In this document: piece after piece, positions 46,217 to 55,632 of the stretch | Layout: every line of letters begins with the position of its first letter | How positions within the stretch are numbered: the first letter of the stretch is position 1 | Assembly (NCBI GenBank): GCA_965204425.1 | Contig: OZ241990.1 | Location: 587,686 to 651,685, forward strand | DNA length: 64,000 nucleotides | Reading direction: 5' to 3' | DNA from: Dehalococcoidia bacterium | GTDB lineage: Bacteria; Chloroflexota; Dehalococcoidia; Lucifugimonadales; Lucifugimonadaceae | Program-made: the position numbers and the translations under genes | The notes under the pieces: generated by a model | Databases searched by the model: none | Seen by the model: only the letters and a program-made list of their open reading frames with translations | What the model was told of the DNA's origin: nothing

Positions 46217-48139
46217 TTGATATCAAGAAACAAGACCAGATATACGCTGGCAATGCTCGCGACGTTAGTTGTGCTCGCAGCGTGGGCGTGTGGAGGCACG
46301 GAGACCGTCGTTGTCAAGGAGACCGTCGTCGTCGAAAAAGAGGTGGAAGTGCAGGTGGAGGTGGAGAAGCAGGTGACGGTTCAGGTCGAGGTTGAGAAGG
46401 TCGTCGAAGTCGAAAAGGTGGTTGAGGTCGAGAAGGTCGTCGAAGTGATGGTCGAGAAGGAGGAGGTCGAACCGACCGCCACTCCCGAACCGGCACGACA
46501 AGAGCTTCCCGAAACCGAATCACCCGCCGGCACCCTAGTGATGATCCCAGAGGGCGTTGCGCCTGGCGTCGGCATCAACCGGTCACAAGCTCCGGAATCG
46601 CTGATGTATTGGGGCGTGTCCGAGCAGCTCTTCCGGCCCAATGACGACGGAACACTGGTAGGCCCATGGCTTGCCGAGAGTTGGGAAATCTCAGATGACG
46701 GCTCTCAAGCAACGGTCAAGATCCGCAGCGGCGTGCAGTTCCACGACGGGTGGGGCGAACTTACCGCTCACGACTTTGTGTGGAGTTTGAACGACACGAA
46801 CGCCGTTACCACTCCGGAAAGCATTCACGGTCAGGCTGGCGACTTCGCCGCGTTCATGGATGCCGCCGAAGCCACTGACGACCGTACCGTCATTCTTAAC
46901 TTCAACGCTCCTGAGCCACGATGGACGACGCTCCTGTTCAACCAAGCTGGCGACGCGTTTGGCGTCTTCTCTAAGAAGGCATACGACGAGATGGGTGCGG
47001 ACTGGATGCGTGAGAACGTAATCGGCACTGGACCTTACATGGTTGAGGAATGGCGCCAATCCGACAGCGCCACGCTGATCGCACAGGACACGCACTGGGA
47101 CAAGACGGCCGAGGTTTCAACACTTCGTTTGATCGACGTTCCTGAGACGGTAGCCCGAATCTCAGCTCTCCGTTCCGGCGGTGCAGACTGGGCGGTCCTT
47201 CCAGTTCGTGAAATCGGGCCCCTCACACGCGACGGCTTTAAATCGGTGACCACAGGCCGCCAAAGCGGTGTGCCGCTACAAATGGCTGGCAACTACTGGG
47301 AATCGACGCAAGTCAAGACTGGTGAACCGACCGAGCAAGTAACGTTTGTGCACGACATTCCGTGGATTGGAAACCCGTTCAGACCTGACGATGGGAATAA
47401 CCCAGACGGCATTGACGACATGGAGCAAGCCCGGCTCGTCCGTTGGGCGATCGCAATGTCGATCAACCGAGACTTGGTCAACGAATCGCTCTACGGCAAC
47501 AACGCGAATCCGTATTACGTCGGCATGTTCCACATAATCGACACCGACTGGGACGATAAATGGAAGATCCCGTACGACCCGGTTATGGCCAACGAGTACC
47601 TCGACATGGCGGGCTATCCGAGAGACGAAGATGGCAAGCGTTTCGAAATGCCGATCTACGGGTTCACATCGCGTATCGAATTCACTGAGATCGCTGACGC
47701 CGCGGCTGGTTTCATCAACCAGCTAGGAATCGAAACAAGCGTCATTAAGATCGCCTACTCGATCATCCGTCCAAGCTTAGTGGGTCGAACCAACACGACG
47801 CCGTCAATTCAATGGTGTCGGTCTGACCTCTGGAAACCTTACGACTGGGTAACGGGAGAAGAGGAGACGAGTTTGACACGCGGCGGTTTCGGCTGTCACA
47901 TCGAAATCCCGTTCATCTTGGATACCGTCCAAAAGGTGGCTGCGGAGACCGATCCTGCGAAGCGCAAGGAGTACAACGTCGCTCTCGCCGACTACCTGTG
48001 GGAGCAGCAGTTGAAGATCGGAATCGTCGCACTCCCGTTCGTTTCGGCTTACAACCCGAATGCGATCGAGTCGTGGAATATGCGACCTGGTCCTCAGGCA
48101 CCGTATACATCGCCGGAGCTGATCGTTCCAGCGAGGTAA
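46217..48139 (+). CDS. family-5 ABC solute-binding lipoprotein (Dpp/Opp-like)
   Basis: 640 aa. TTG start 9 nt after AAGGGAG. Signal peptide plus lipobox LAAWACGG. A VEVEK-repeat linker is followed by an SBP_bac_5-like body. Confidence 0.85.
   Translation: MISRNKTRYTLAMLATLVVLAAWACGGTETVVVKETVVVEKEVEVQVEVEKQVTVQVEVEKVVEVEKVVEVEKVVEVMVEKEEVEPTATPEPARQELPETESPAGTLVMIPEGVAPGVGINRSQAPESLMYWGVSEQLFRPNDDGTLVGPWLAESWEISDDGSQATVKIRSGVQFHDGWGELTAHDFVWSLNDTNAVTTPESIHGQAGDFAAFMDAAEATDDRTVILNFNAPEPRWTTLLFNQAGDAFGVFSKKAYDEMGADWMRENVIGTGPYMVEEWRQSDSATLIAQDTHWDKTAEVSTLRLIDVPETVARISALRSGGADWAVLPVREIGPLTRDGFKSVTTGRQSGVPLQMAGNYWESTQVKTGEPTEQVTFVHDIPWIGNPFRPDDGNNPDGIDDMEQARLVRWAIAMSINRDLVNESLYGNNANPYYVGMFHIIDTDWDDKWKIPYDPVMANEYLDMAGYPRDEDGKRFEMPIYGFTSRIEFTEIADAAAGFINQLGIETSVIKIAYSIIRPSLVGRTNTTPSIQWCRSDLWKPYDWVTGEEETSLTRGGFGCHIEIPFILDTVQKVAAETDPAKRKEYNVALADYLWEQQLKIGIVALPFVSAYNPNAIESWNMRPGPQAPYTSPELIVPAR
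46304..46471 (+). repeat. coding tandem repeat with about 18-nt / 6-aa period, (V-E-V-E-K-x)n linker
   Basis: TVVVKETVVVEKEVEVQVEVEKQVTVQVEVEKVVEVEKVVEVEKVVEVMVEKEEVE. The DNA shows reiterated GTCGAAGTCGAAAAGGTG-like units. Confidence 0.85.
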
Positions 48140-48149
48140 CACTTGCCAA

Positions 48150-48195
48150 CTTCACTGTGTCGCATGCTTGAATAAATGTTTGCGACACAGTGAAG
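48150..48195 (+). promoter_or_regulatory. perfect 15-bp-stem hairpin in the SBP-permease intercistronic region
   Basis: CTTCACTGTGTCGCA (48150-48164) / TGCGACACAGTGAAG (48181-48195) with a 16-nt loop and no U-tract. A second hairpin follows: GCGACGCGA (48243-48251) / TCGCGTCGC (48264-48272). Confidence 0.6.
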
Positions 48196-48302
48196 CATTG
48201 CGACGGACCGCGCGTCGGTTCGACGTCGCGGATTCTTCGAGGGCGACGCGATCGATGGGTCGGTCGCGTCGCTTATGTGCATCGTTCAGATAGAGCAGTC
48301 AA

Positions 48303-49256
48303 GTGCGAAAGTTCCTGATACGCCGATTCTTCGCCGGCATACTTTCAGTCCTCGCGGCTACCGCTATCGTTTTTGCATTGTCGAGAGCGGCGGGAGATCC
48401 GCTTTTGTTGTACGCGAAGCCCGGAGGGTACGGCGTCACTCCTGAGCAGGAAGAAGCTCTGAAAAAGAAGCTCCGTTTGGACCGACCGTTGGTGGTCCAA
48501 TACCTTTTGTGGGTGACGGATCTTCTTCGGGGTGATTTCGGCAGGACTTTGCTAGCTGAACAATTGGTGACGCGAGTTGTCGGGGAGAAGATGGGGGCAA
48601 CGGTTCAACTTGGTGTTGTGTCTTGGGTCTTAGCCACAATCATGGGAGTGCCACTCGGTGTGCTGTCCGCGGTTTTGCGTGGCAGCGTTTGGGACTATAT
48701 GGGACGTGCTTATGCACTAGTCGGCCAATCGTTGCCGACATTCTGGCTGGGATTGATGATGATTCTGATTTTCAACAAGCAGCTGGGTTGGTTGCCCTTC
48801 GGGACGCGAGGCACCACGGACGCGTTTTTCTTTTCTTGGGAAAACTTGCGCTTTTTCGTTATGCCGGCCTTCGCCGTCGCTTGGGGTGCTGCGGCGGTGT
48901 ACTTACGTTTAACTAGATCAGCAATGTTGGAAGTTCTCGACTCTGAATTCGTGAAATTGGCACGGGCCAAGGGGGTGGGTGGCACGAAAATCATTTGGAA
49001 GCACGCATTCCGGAACGCACTCATACCGCCGTTGACAGTGTCTTCGCTCATGATGGCTGGGTTAATTACTGGCAGCGTCGTGATTGAGGCGGTGTTTTCA
49101 TGGCCTGGACTCGGGCGCCTTGCGATTCAAGCGGTCTGGGACAACGATTTTCCGATCCTGACTGCCACCGTTCTGTTCTTCGCCGTTGTATTTGTGACCG
49201 TAAACTTCATTACGGACGTGCTCTACGCGGTGATCGATCCACGAATTCGCTATTAA
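48303..49256 (+). CDS. ABC transporter permease (DppB/OppB-like)
   Basis: 317 aa. GTG start, MRKFLIRRFF..., six TM helices, and an EAA-type loop region ...SEFVKLARAKGVGGTKIIWKHAFRNA. Confidence 0.85.
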   Translation: MRKFLIRRFFAGILSVLAATAIVFALSRAAGDPLLLYAKPGGYGVTPEQEEALKKKLRLDRPLVVQYLLWVTDLLRGDFGRTLLAEQLVTRVVGEKMGATVQLGVVSWVLATIMGVPLGVLSAVLRGSVWDYMGRAYALVGQSLPTFWLGLMMILIFNKQLGWLPFGTRGTTDAFFFSWENLRFFVMPAFAVAWGAAAVYLRLTRSAMLEVLDSEFVKLARAKGVGGTKIIWKHAFRNALIPPLTVSSLMMAGLITGSVVIEAVFSWPGLGRLAIQAVWDNDFPILTATVLFFAVVFVTVNFITDVLYAVIDPRIRY

Positions 49257-49271
49257 AACCTACCGACGACA

Positions 49272-50273
49272 ATGGCTTCTGAAACAACGGCACGAGACTC
49301 TGGCACGGTTCAAGACGCGGTAGCACCGACCGCGCAAAAGTTCCGATTCTCGCTTGCCTATGCGTGGTACATACTTCGCCGTTGGCCGTTGATTCCCGGT
49401 TTGATCATGGTGGCGCTTGTCGTCGGCGGCGTATTTGCGGACCAACTGGCACCGTATGACGAGATAGAACAGGATATTAGGTTCCGTAACGCACCACCGC
49501 GTATTTTCGGTTCGAACTCTGAATACTGGTCAACTCAAGACTATTCACAGGCCATGTTTCGTGCCGAGGGTAGCGAGGGGAAGGACCCTAGCAACCGCTT
49601 CTTGCTTGGAGGGGACCACGTAGGTCGAGACGTGTTGAGCCGTGTCATCCACGGCGCCCGTGTTTCATTGGTCGTTACTTCTGTTGCGCTGTTCTCGGGC
49701 CTGATTCTTGGAGTGACTATCGGTGTTTTATCTGGTTACTATGGCGGGATCGTCGACGAGTTTTTGATGAGGATGGTCGACGTTTGGTACGCAGTGCCAT
49801 TCCTGCTGCTTGCGATGGTTGCCGTGATCATCTTCGAAGCCAGTCTGAACCTAATCATCCTTTTGTTGATCTTGCTCGCGTGGAGCGGATATGTACGAAA
49901 TCTACGTGGCGAGGTACTTAGTCTCAAACAGCGGGATTTCGTAGCGGCAGCTAGGGTGGCAGGAGCCTCTACATTCCGGATTATCTTCAAGCACCTTCTG
50001 CCCGGTCTCGTCAACACGATCTTCGTTATTGCAAGTTTGAGGGTTGGACAATTGATTCTGGCTGAAGCTTCGCTGAGCTTTATCGGCGCCGGAATCCCTG
50101 CACCAACGCCTGCATGGGGCGTGCTTATCGCCGAAGGCAGAGAGTACGTAGAGAATGCCTGGTGGCAGACGGTATTCCCGGGAACGGCGATATTCCTAGT
50201 GGTTCTCGCCTTTAACTTCTTAGGCGACTGGGTCCGAGACAGGTTGGATCCGAGATTGCGCCAGCTAGATTGA
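49272..50273 (+). CDS. ABC transporter permease (DppC/OppC-like)
   Basis: 333 aa. ...RDFVAAARVAGASTFRIIFKHLLPG... plus TM helices. Confidence 0.85.
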   Translation: MASETTARDSGTVQDAVAPTAQKFRFSLAYAWYILRRWPLIPGLIMVALVVGGVFADQLAPYDEIEQDIRFRNAPPRIFGSNSEYWSTQDYSQAMFRAEGSEGKDPSNRFLLGGDHVGRDVLSRVIHGARVSLVVTSVALFSGLILGVTIGVLSGYYGGIVDEFLMRMVDVWYAVPFLLLAMVAVIIFEASLNLIILLLILLAWSGYVRNLRGEVLSLKQRDFVAAARVAGASTFRIIFKHLLPGLVNTIFVIASLRVGQLILAEASLSFIGAGIPAPTPAWGVLIAEGREYVENAWWQTVFPGTAIFLVVLAFNFLGDWVRDRLDPRLRQLD

Positions 50274-50278
50274 ACCGA

Positions 50279-51517
50279 TTAGGTATCGATCAACTCCGCC
50301 AGGATATCTTGGAGTTGATTGTGTTTGATGTAACCCTGATGGATCGTCAACACGTTGTGATCGCGATCGAGGAAAAAGGTCGTAGGCGCAGATGTGATTT
50401 GATAAGCGAAGTGGATCGCGCTTCCGATGTCAGGTATTGCAGGGTAATTGGCCTTCATCTTGCCTAGGAACTCGACGCCATCCGCGGCGGTATCGAATCC
50501 TACGGCTTGCACTCCCACAAACACTATCTCGTCCCGTCCCGGTGCTCCCCATGTCTGGTAGGCATGCTCGAAATTGGGGATCTCCGCTCGGCACGGAGGG
50601 CACGAAGGGAACCAGAAGTTGATTACGACTGGTTTGCCTTCGTGCCGGCTGAGATCAAAAGGGCCGTGGTGGAACGTGTCTCCTTTGAATCCAGGGGCAT
50701 CTCCGAAACCTGCGAAAGTCTCAGTGTTGGCATAAATGATCTCCGGCTCTGTGATTTCGGCGCCGGATTGTTCATCTGCATCGGTCGATAACTTCACTTC
50801 TACTGCGTCGCCTTCGATCGGTTCATCTTCACCTTCGATTTGAGCCGTCGCTCCACCCGCAATCTCGGCCACGATCTCGGATAGCTGCTCCTCGTTAATC
50901 GCACCTTGCCAGACGCGGAAGCTATTGTGGTTCGCGTCTAAGAAAATCGTCGATGGATATGAGAAGATTTTGTAGGCGATCTGGATACCTGAGGCTTGAT
51001 CGGGCAAACCAGGATAGGTAACGCCAAGTTCTTCAAACAGCATCGCGCCGTCTTGGGGGGTGTCAATTCCCAACTGCTGCACACCTACAAATACGACTTC
51101 GCCGCTTCCAGGGTCTCCGAATTCCTGATAGACCTTCTCGAAATCTTGAAGTTCGGCACGGCATGGAGGGCAAGACGGGAACCAGAAGTTGACGACGATT
51201 GGTTTGCCCTCGTATTCGCGGGTATCAAACGTCCCATGTGCGAAGGTAGTGCCCGCGAATCCTTCGGAGTCGCCGAAACCCGCGAAAGTTTCAGATTCGA
51301 AGGTATCGGGTAGTCCAGAGGATTCGGTCTCGACCGCAGGCGCTTCAGGCTCGGTTTCCGTCTTCGGTTCAGACTTCGTTTCAGCCGCGGGTTCTCCGCC
51401 ACTTCCCGTATCGGTTTCGGTGTCGCTCCCGCATGCGACGACGGCGACAGACATGATCGATACGATCAACAGCGCCGCGAAACTCCATACGGACAAACGA
51501 CGAATCTGCATATTCAA
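50279..51517 (-). CDS. lipoprotein with two tandem TlpA/ResA-like thioredoxin-fold domains (CPPC active sites)
   Basis: 412 aa with lipobox VVACGS. An internal duplication has a 190-residue period. Both copies carry ETFAGFGD...GKP(I/V)V(V/I)NFWFPSCPPCRAE. Confidence 0.8.
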   Translation of the reverse strand: MNMQIRRLSVWSFAALLIVSIMSVAVVACGSDTETDTGSGGEPAAETKSEPKTETEPEAPAVETESSGLPDTFESETFAGFGDSEGFAGTTFAHGTFDTREYEGKPIVVNFWFPSCPPCRAELQDFEKVYQEFGDPGSGEVVFVGVQQLGIDTPQDGAMLFEELGVTYPGLPDQASGIQIAYKIFSYPSTIFLDANHNSFRVWQGAINEEQLSEIVAEIAGGATAQIEGEDEPIEGDAVEVKLSTDADEQSGAEITEPEIIYANTETFAGFGDAPGFKGDTFHHGPFDLSRHEGKPVVINFWFPSCPPCRAEIPNFEHAYQTWGAPGRDEIVFVGVQAVGFDTAADGVEFLGKMKANYPAIPDIGSAIHFAYQITSAPTTFFLDRDHNVLTIHQGYIKHNQLQDILAELIDT

Positions 51518-51620
51518 CTTCTCACCGCCAATCGTTCTTCGTGTCTGTTTGCTACTAGATGTTACGCAATCCCTGCGACATCAGTTTTGGCAACGGATCC
51601 ACCGGACGGGTTGGAAGATG

Positions 51621-52961
51621 CTATCCCGCAATAACGTCAGCCGCGATTCCGTCGAGTTGATCCTGAATTGCGTCCACGACTCCGGCGACTGGAACTCGGA
51701 CCTGCGCCATCGTGTCGCGGTGCCGAATGGTTACCGCGTCATCTTCCTCGATTGTTTCGAAGTCAACCGTCACACAGAGGGGCGTCCCAATCTCGTCTTG
51801 CCTCCGGTAACGTCTGCCGATGCTTTGCGTCTCATCGTATTGCGAACTGAAACGTGAGCGCACGGCGTCGTAGACCTCTCGGGCTTTAGGGGTCAACTTA
51901 GGGTTCCGACTCAATGGAAGGATTGCGACTTGGTACGGCGCGATGCTTGGATGGAAGCGCAACACAACGCGCGTGGCGTTACTGACCTCCTCCTCGTCGT
52001 ACGCATCGATCAGGAAGGCTAAGGCAGACCTATCTGCTCCCATCGCCGGTTCGACGACGTAAGGAACGTATCGTTTGTCATTCGGTTGATCGTAGTACGA
52101 AAGATCCTTACCTGATCTATTGATGTGCGCTTTGAGGTCGTAGTCGGTGCGATTAGAAATCGTCTCCAACTCTCCCCAACCCCACGGGAATAGGAACTCG
52201 ACATCGGCACTGCCTTTGGAATAGTGCGGCAACTCGTCTGCTCCGTGCTCGCGAACCCTCAGTTTCGATCGACGGAGGCCTAAATCGGCAAACCAATCCA
52301 TCGAGAAATCGATCCAATAACGATGCCATTTTTCGTCGGTGCCCGGTTCGCAGAAATACTCCATCTCCATCTGTTCGAATTCGCGCGTCCGAAAAGTGAA
52401 GTTGCCCGGCGTGATCTCGTTGCGGAAAGACTTGCCTTGCTGCGCGATGCCAAAGGGGATTCGCACGCGACTGCTGTTGACCACGTTGTCGAAGTCCACG
52501 AACATCGCTTGCGCGGTCTCGGGACGCAGATACACGATGTTGTCGTCGCCTTCGACAGGTCCGATATGCGTTCGGAACATCAGATTGAAGTGACGCGGCT
52601 CGCCCAAATCACCGCCGCAATCTGGACACGAGTCGCCTTCAAGCAAGTCGACACGATGCCTTCGATGGCATTCCATACACTCAGCCAAAGGATCGGTGAA
52701 GCTGTCGACGTGCCCACTGGCGACCCATACATCGGGGTGCATCAGTATCGATGCGTCGATGCCAACCACGTCCTCGCGGTCACGGACCATCGACTTCCAC
52801 CACTGGTCCTTGACATTTCGCTTGAGTTCGACGCCGACCGGGCCGTAGTCGTAGAGACTTCCGATGCCTCCGTAGATCTCGCTGCTTTGGAAGATGAAAC
52901 CTCTGCGCTTGCTGAGGCTGACTATCGTTTCGAGCGGGACGTTATCAAGAGTACGTTTCAC
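51621..52961 (-). CDS. glyQS: glycine--tRNA ligase, dimeric (alpha2) type
   Basis: 446 aa. ...GFIFQSSEIYGGIGSLYDYGP..., FRNEITPGNFTFRTREFEQMEMEYF, and a C-terminal anticodon-binding domain. Confidence 0.95.
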   Translation of the reverse strand: MKRTLDNVPLETIVSLSKRRGFIFQSSEIYGGIGSLYDYGPVGVELKRNVKDQWWKSMVRDREDVVGIDASILMHPDVWVASGHVDSFTDPLAECMECHRRHRVDLLEGDSCPDCGGDLGEPRHFNLMFRTHIGPVEGDDNIVYLRPETAQAMFVDFDNVVNSSRVRIPFGIAQQGKSFRNEITPGNFTFRTREFEQMEMEYFCEPGTDEKWHRYWIDFSMDWFADLGLRRSKLRVREHGADELPHYSKGSADVEFLFPWGWGELETISNRTDYDLKAHINRSGKDLSYYDQPNDKRYVPYVVEPAMGADRSALAFLIDAYDEEEVSNATRVVLRFHPSIAPYQVAILPLSRNPKLTPKAREVYDAVRSRFSSQYDETQSIGRRYRRQDEIGTPLCVTVDFETIEEDDAVTIRHRDTMAQVRVPVAGVVDAIQDQLDGIAADVIAG

Positions 52962-53088
52962 GGCGTCAGGTGGGCTTTCGCTGGGTGTGGATTAGCGCGC
53001 AACGGCGGTGTTCCGTAAAACGCCGCTTATTTTCAGTGTAAAGAGCTAATGTTTCGTTCTGCGCGCCCAGCGGATTTTCGATACGGGA

Positions 53089-54081
53089 TTACGAAACGAA
53101 ATTGAGCATCTCGACTGCGAACCACAGCGCCATCGCACCCCCACGGTCATCAAACCCGGTCACGGAATCTCGTATCACATATTCTTCGACGCTGTCGAGT
53201 GGGCCAGTTCCCACGCAAACCCGGGTAATGTGACCTTCATCACTGACGCCATCAGAAATCCCGCGCCAAGCTTCGCGCAACACAGGCCCCCATTCCTCGG
53301 CATCCAACCAGCCGCCATTGATACCGCTGGCGATTGAGATACCGATCATGCAGGTGGAACTACCTTCGGTGTACGTGTCAGGACGGTCAATCACTTGGCG
53401 CCACATTCCCGAATCTCGGTCTTGGTGAAGCTTCAATCCTCGAAGATGCTCTGTGTGCCGCTGAGCCAGTTGTTCTCGCTTAGGTCCGCGGTATCCGATC
53501 AGCGTTTCAGAGAACCCCAACGATGCGAACCCATTGCCTCGTCCCCAGAAATAGGGCGAAGCCAAGCAATGCCAGTAAAGCCCATTCGGTTGGAGCAGCT
53601 TGTCAGCGCAATCGAGCATGAAATCGGCTGCTAGGTCCGCGTAATGAGGCTCTCCAGTGAGTCGAGTTGCCCGTTGGAGGATGGTTCCGGCGAAGAACAT
53701 GTCTTCGACGCGATAATCCCGGTCGAGCACGCTGGCAAAGCCATCGTAATCCAGTTCCATGAACCGATTCGCGGTATCGACGAGCAATGATCTGCAACGC
53801 GGATCATCCGCCATCAATGATGCCCAGTTGACGCCAGCGTAGTTTGCGGTTCCGTCGGTGTCGTCGAATATTACGCCTGGATCGTTGAGGTATTCCGCTG
53901 TAATGGATTCGATATCAGAGCGGGGATTGGCATAGCCATCGTCCAACGCGGCGAGCTGTAAGCGTGCGGTCAACGCAACGCCCTGCGTGTAGACCACTGG
54001 TCTCTCCAATTTGTGGCCGTATGCTCCCGCCAAAATTCTCGCTTTAGCCAGTACATCGTCCCTTATCGAGCTCATTTGCAT
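53089..54081 (-). CDS. GH88/GH105-like (unsaturated glucuronyl/rhamnogalacturonyl hydrolase-like) alpha/alpha-barrel protein
   Basis: 330 aa. ...YWHCLASPYFWGRGNGFASLGFSE... resembles the WARGNGW motif region. No signal peptide. Confidence 0.5.
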   Translation of the reverse strand: MQMSSIRDDVLAKARILAGAYGHKLERPVVYTQGVALTARLQLAALDDGYANPRSDIESITAEYLNDPGVIFDDTDGTANYAGVNWASLMADDPRCRSLLVDTANRFMELDYDGFASVLDRDYRVEDMFFAGTILQRATRLTGEPHYADLAADFMLDCADKLLQPNGLYWHCLASPYFWGRGNGFASLGFSETLIGYRGPKREQLAQRHTEHLRGLKLHQDRDSGMWRQVIDRPDTYTEGSSTCMIGISIASGINGGWLDAEEWGPVLREAWRGISDGVSDEGHITRVCVGTGPLDSVEEYVIRDSVTGFDDRGGAMALWFAVEMLNFVS

Positions 54082-54150
54082 CCTCGGTTAATGGAAATGC
54101 CGCCTTTTGGACTGCGCACGTAGAGTCGTCCGTGTTGGCGTACGTTTGCC

Positions 54151-54177
54151 GTATCATTTACGCAGACTGAATGATAC
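54151..54177. promoter_or_regulatory. inverted repeat in a divergent promoter region (candidate operator)
   Basis: GTATCATT-N11-AATGATAC, between the GH88/105-like gene (minus strand) and the SDR gene (plus strand). Confidence 0.25.
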
Positions 54178-54208
54178 AGCCACTCATTTGCGAACTGGGA
54201 GATAACAA

Positions 54209-55051
54209 ATGGCCGACAGCACACCGCAGCAGCTCGGAGGAAAGAGCGCCTTAGTGACCGGCGGAGGACGCGGTATCGGACGTGGTATCAGTATGATCCT
54301 TGCGTCAAGGGGAGCGGAGGTCTGCGTGTCGGACATCATCCAAGAAAACGCCGAAGAGGTTGCGGCAGAAATCAACGAAGGTGGCGGCAAAGCGTTCGCC
54401 ACCGGCGGCGATGTAACCGACATCGATTCGATTTCCGCGGTTGCCGAAGAAGTAGTCAATACCTTCGGCAAGCTCGACATCTGTGTGCCGAATGCGGGCG
54501 TGATTGGCGGACCTGGATTCATGTCTCGCCGCGACTACATCGACGCTGACTGGGACATGACGTGGGAAGTCAACGTCAGAGGCGTGGTAAACACCGCCGA
54601 TGCAGTCGCAGATCACATGAAAGAGCGGATGTACGGCAAGATCGTCATAATCGCATCTCACGGCGGAAGGGCACCGCGAGGCGTTCCCGACGAGGGCCGA
54701 GGAAGCGCGCAAGGTCCATACATGGTGTCGAAAGCCGCGGCGATCCAGTGGACCCACTGGCTGGCCATGAATCTTGGTCAGTTCAACATCAATGTGAACG
54801 CCGTTTGTCCGGGACGACTCTGGACTCCGATGTGGCAGGCGATCGCGCAAAACCACAAAGAGTTGAACCCGGATCTCACTCACATGTCGATCCGCGACAT
54901 TTTCGAGATGCAAATCAAGGGCACGATGCCTTTGGGTAGGGAGCAAACGCCGGAAGACGTTGGCAAGGCCGTAGCCTTCCTAGCGTCTGATGACGCTTCG
55001 GAAATCACCGGCCAAGCGTTGAACGTTAACGGCGGCGGCATCATGAACTGA
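54209..55051 (+). CDS. short-chain dehydrogenase/reductase (classical SDR)
   Basis: 280 aa with VTGGGRGIGRGI and YMVSKAA. Confidence 0.85.
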   Translation: MADSTPQQLGGKSALVTGGGRGIGRGISMILASRGAEVCVSDIIQENAEEVAAEINEGGGKAFATGGDVTDIDSISAVAEEVVNTFGKLDICVPNAGVIGGPGFMSRRDYIDADWDMTWEVNVRGVVNTADAVADHMKERMYGKIVIIASHGGRAPRGVPDEGRGSAQGPYMVSKAAAIQWTHWLAMNLGQFNINVNAVCPGRLWTPMWQAIAQNHKELNPDLTHMSIRDIFEMQIKGTMPLGREQTPEDVGKAVAFLASDDASEITGQALNVNGGGIMN

Positions 55052-55112
55052 TGCTGTCGGCCCGTGCTAACGCGGGACTCAGTGAATTTACGGCCCTTCA
55101 AGGCAGAGAACA

Positions 55113-55598
55113 ATGGCAGAGATTTCAACGACCGTCGAGATCCAACTGAATGTGCCTAGCGATTACGCATTCCGTTGGGTCATAGAACCAAGCAATATGG
55201 TCTATTGGGTCAACGGTGTTCGCCGAGCCGATTGGATACGCCGCCAGGAGCGCGAAATCCCTCGGCCAGAGGACACGTGGGACATGCTTTACGAATTCGG
55301 CGGCAAAGAGAACGAAATCATTATGGAAGTAGATGTGTGCGATCCGCGTGACGGCTCGTTTGAATACCACACCATTGAAGGCAACTATCCGATCCGAAGC
55401 CAATATCTCTGCCAACCATCAGGAAACGGTACGCTGTTCAGGATGACGAGAACGGCATTTTCAGACAGCACGTTCACCTCGATAATGTTCGTTCTCACCG
55501 GATTTATCAGCAAGCCGATGATGCGAAAGCAGAACCAGAACGAGATCGAAAAGATGAAATCCGTAATCGAGATGCAGATCCCCGGGATTCGACGTTGA
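55113..55598 (+). CDS. SRPBCC-superfamily (polyketide cyclase/START-like) protein
   Basis: 161 aa. N-terminal pattern ISTTVEIQLNVPSDYAFRWV plus a C-terminal helix. Fold-level call only. Confidence 0.45.
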   Translation: MAEISTTVEIQLNVPSDYAFRWVIEPSNMVYWVNGVRRADWIRRQEREIPRPEDTWDMLYEFGGKENEIIMEVDVCDPRDGSFEYHTIEGNYPIRSQYLCQPSGNGTLFRMTRTAFSDSTFTSIMFVLTGFISKPMMRKQNQNEIEKMKSVIEMQIPGIRR

Positions 55599-55632
55599 TC
55601 TTATCTCTAACCGACTAATTGCGAGGATACAA

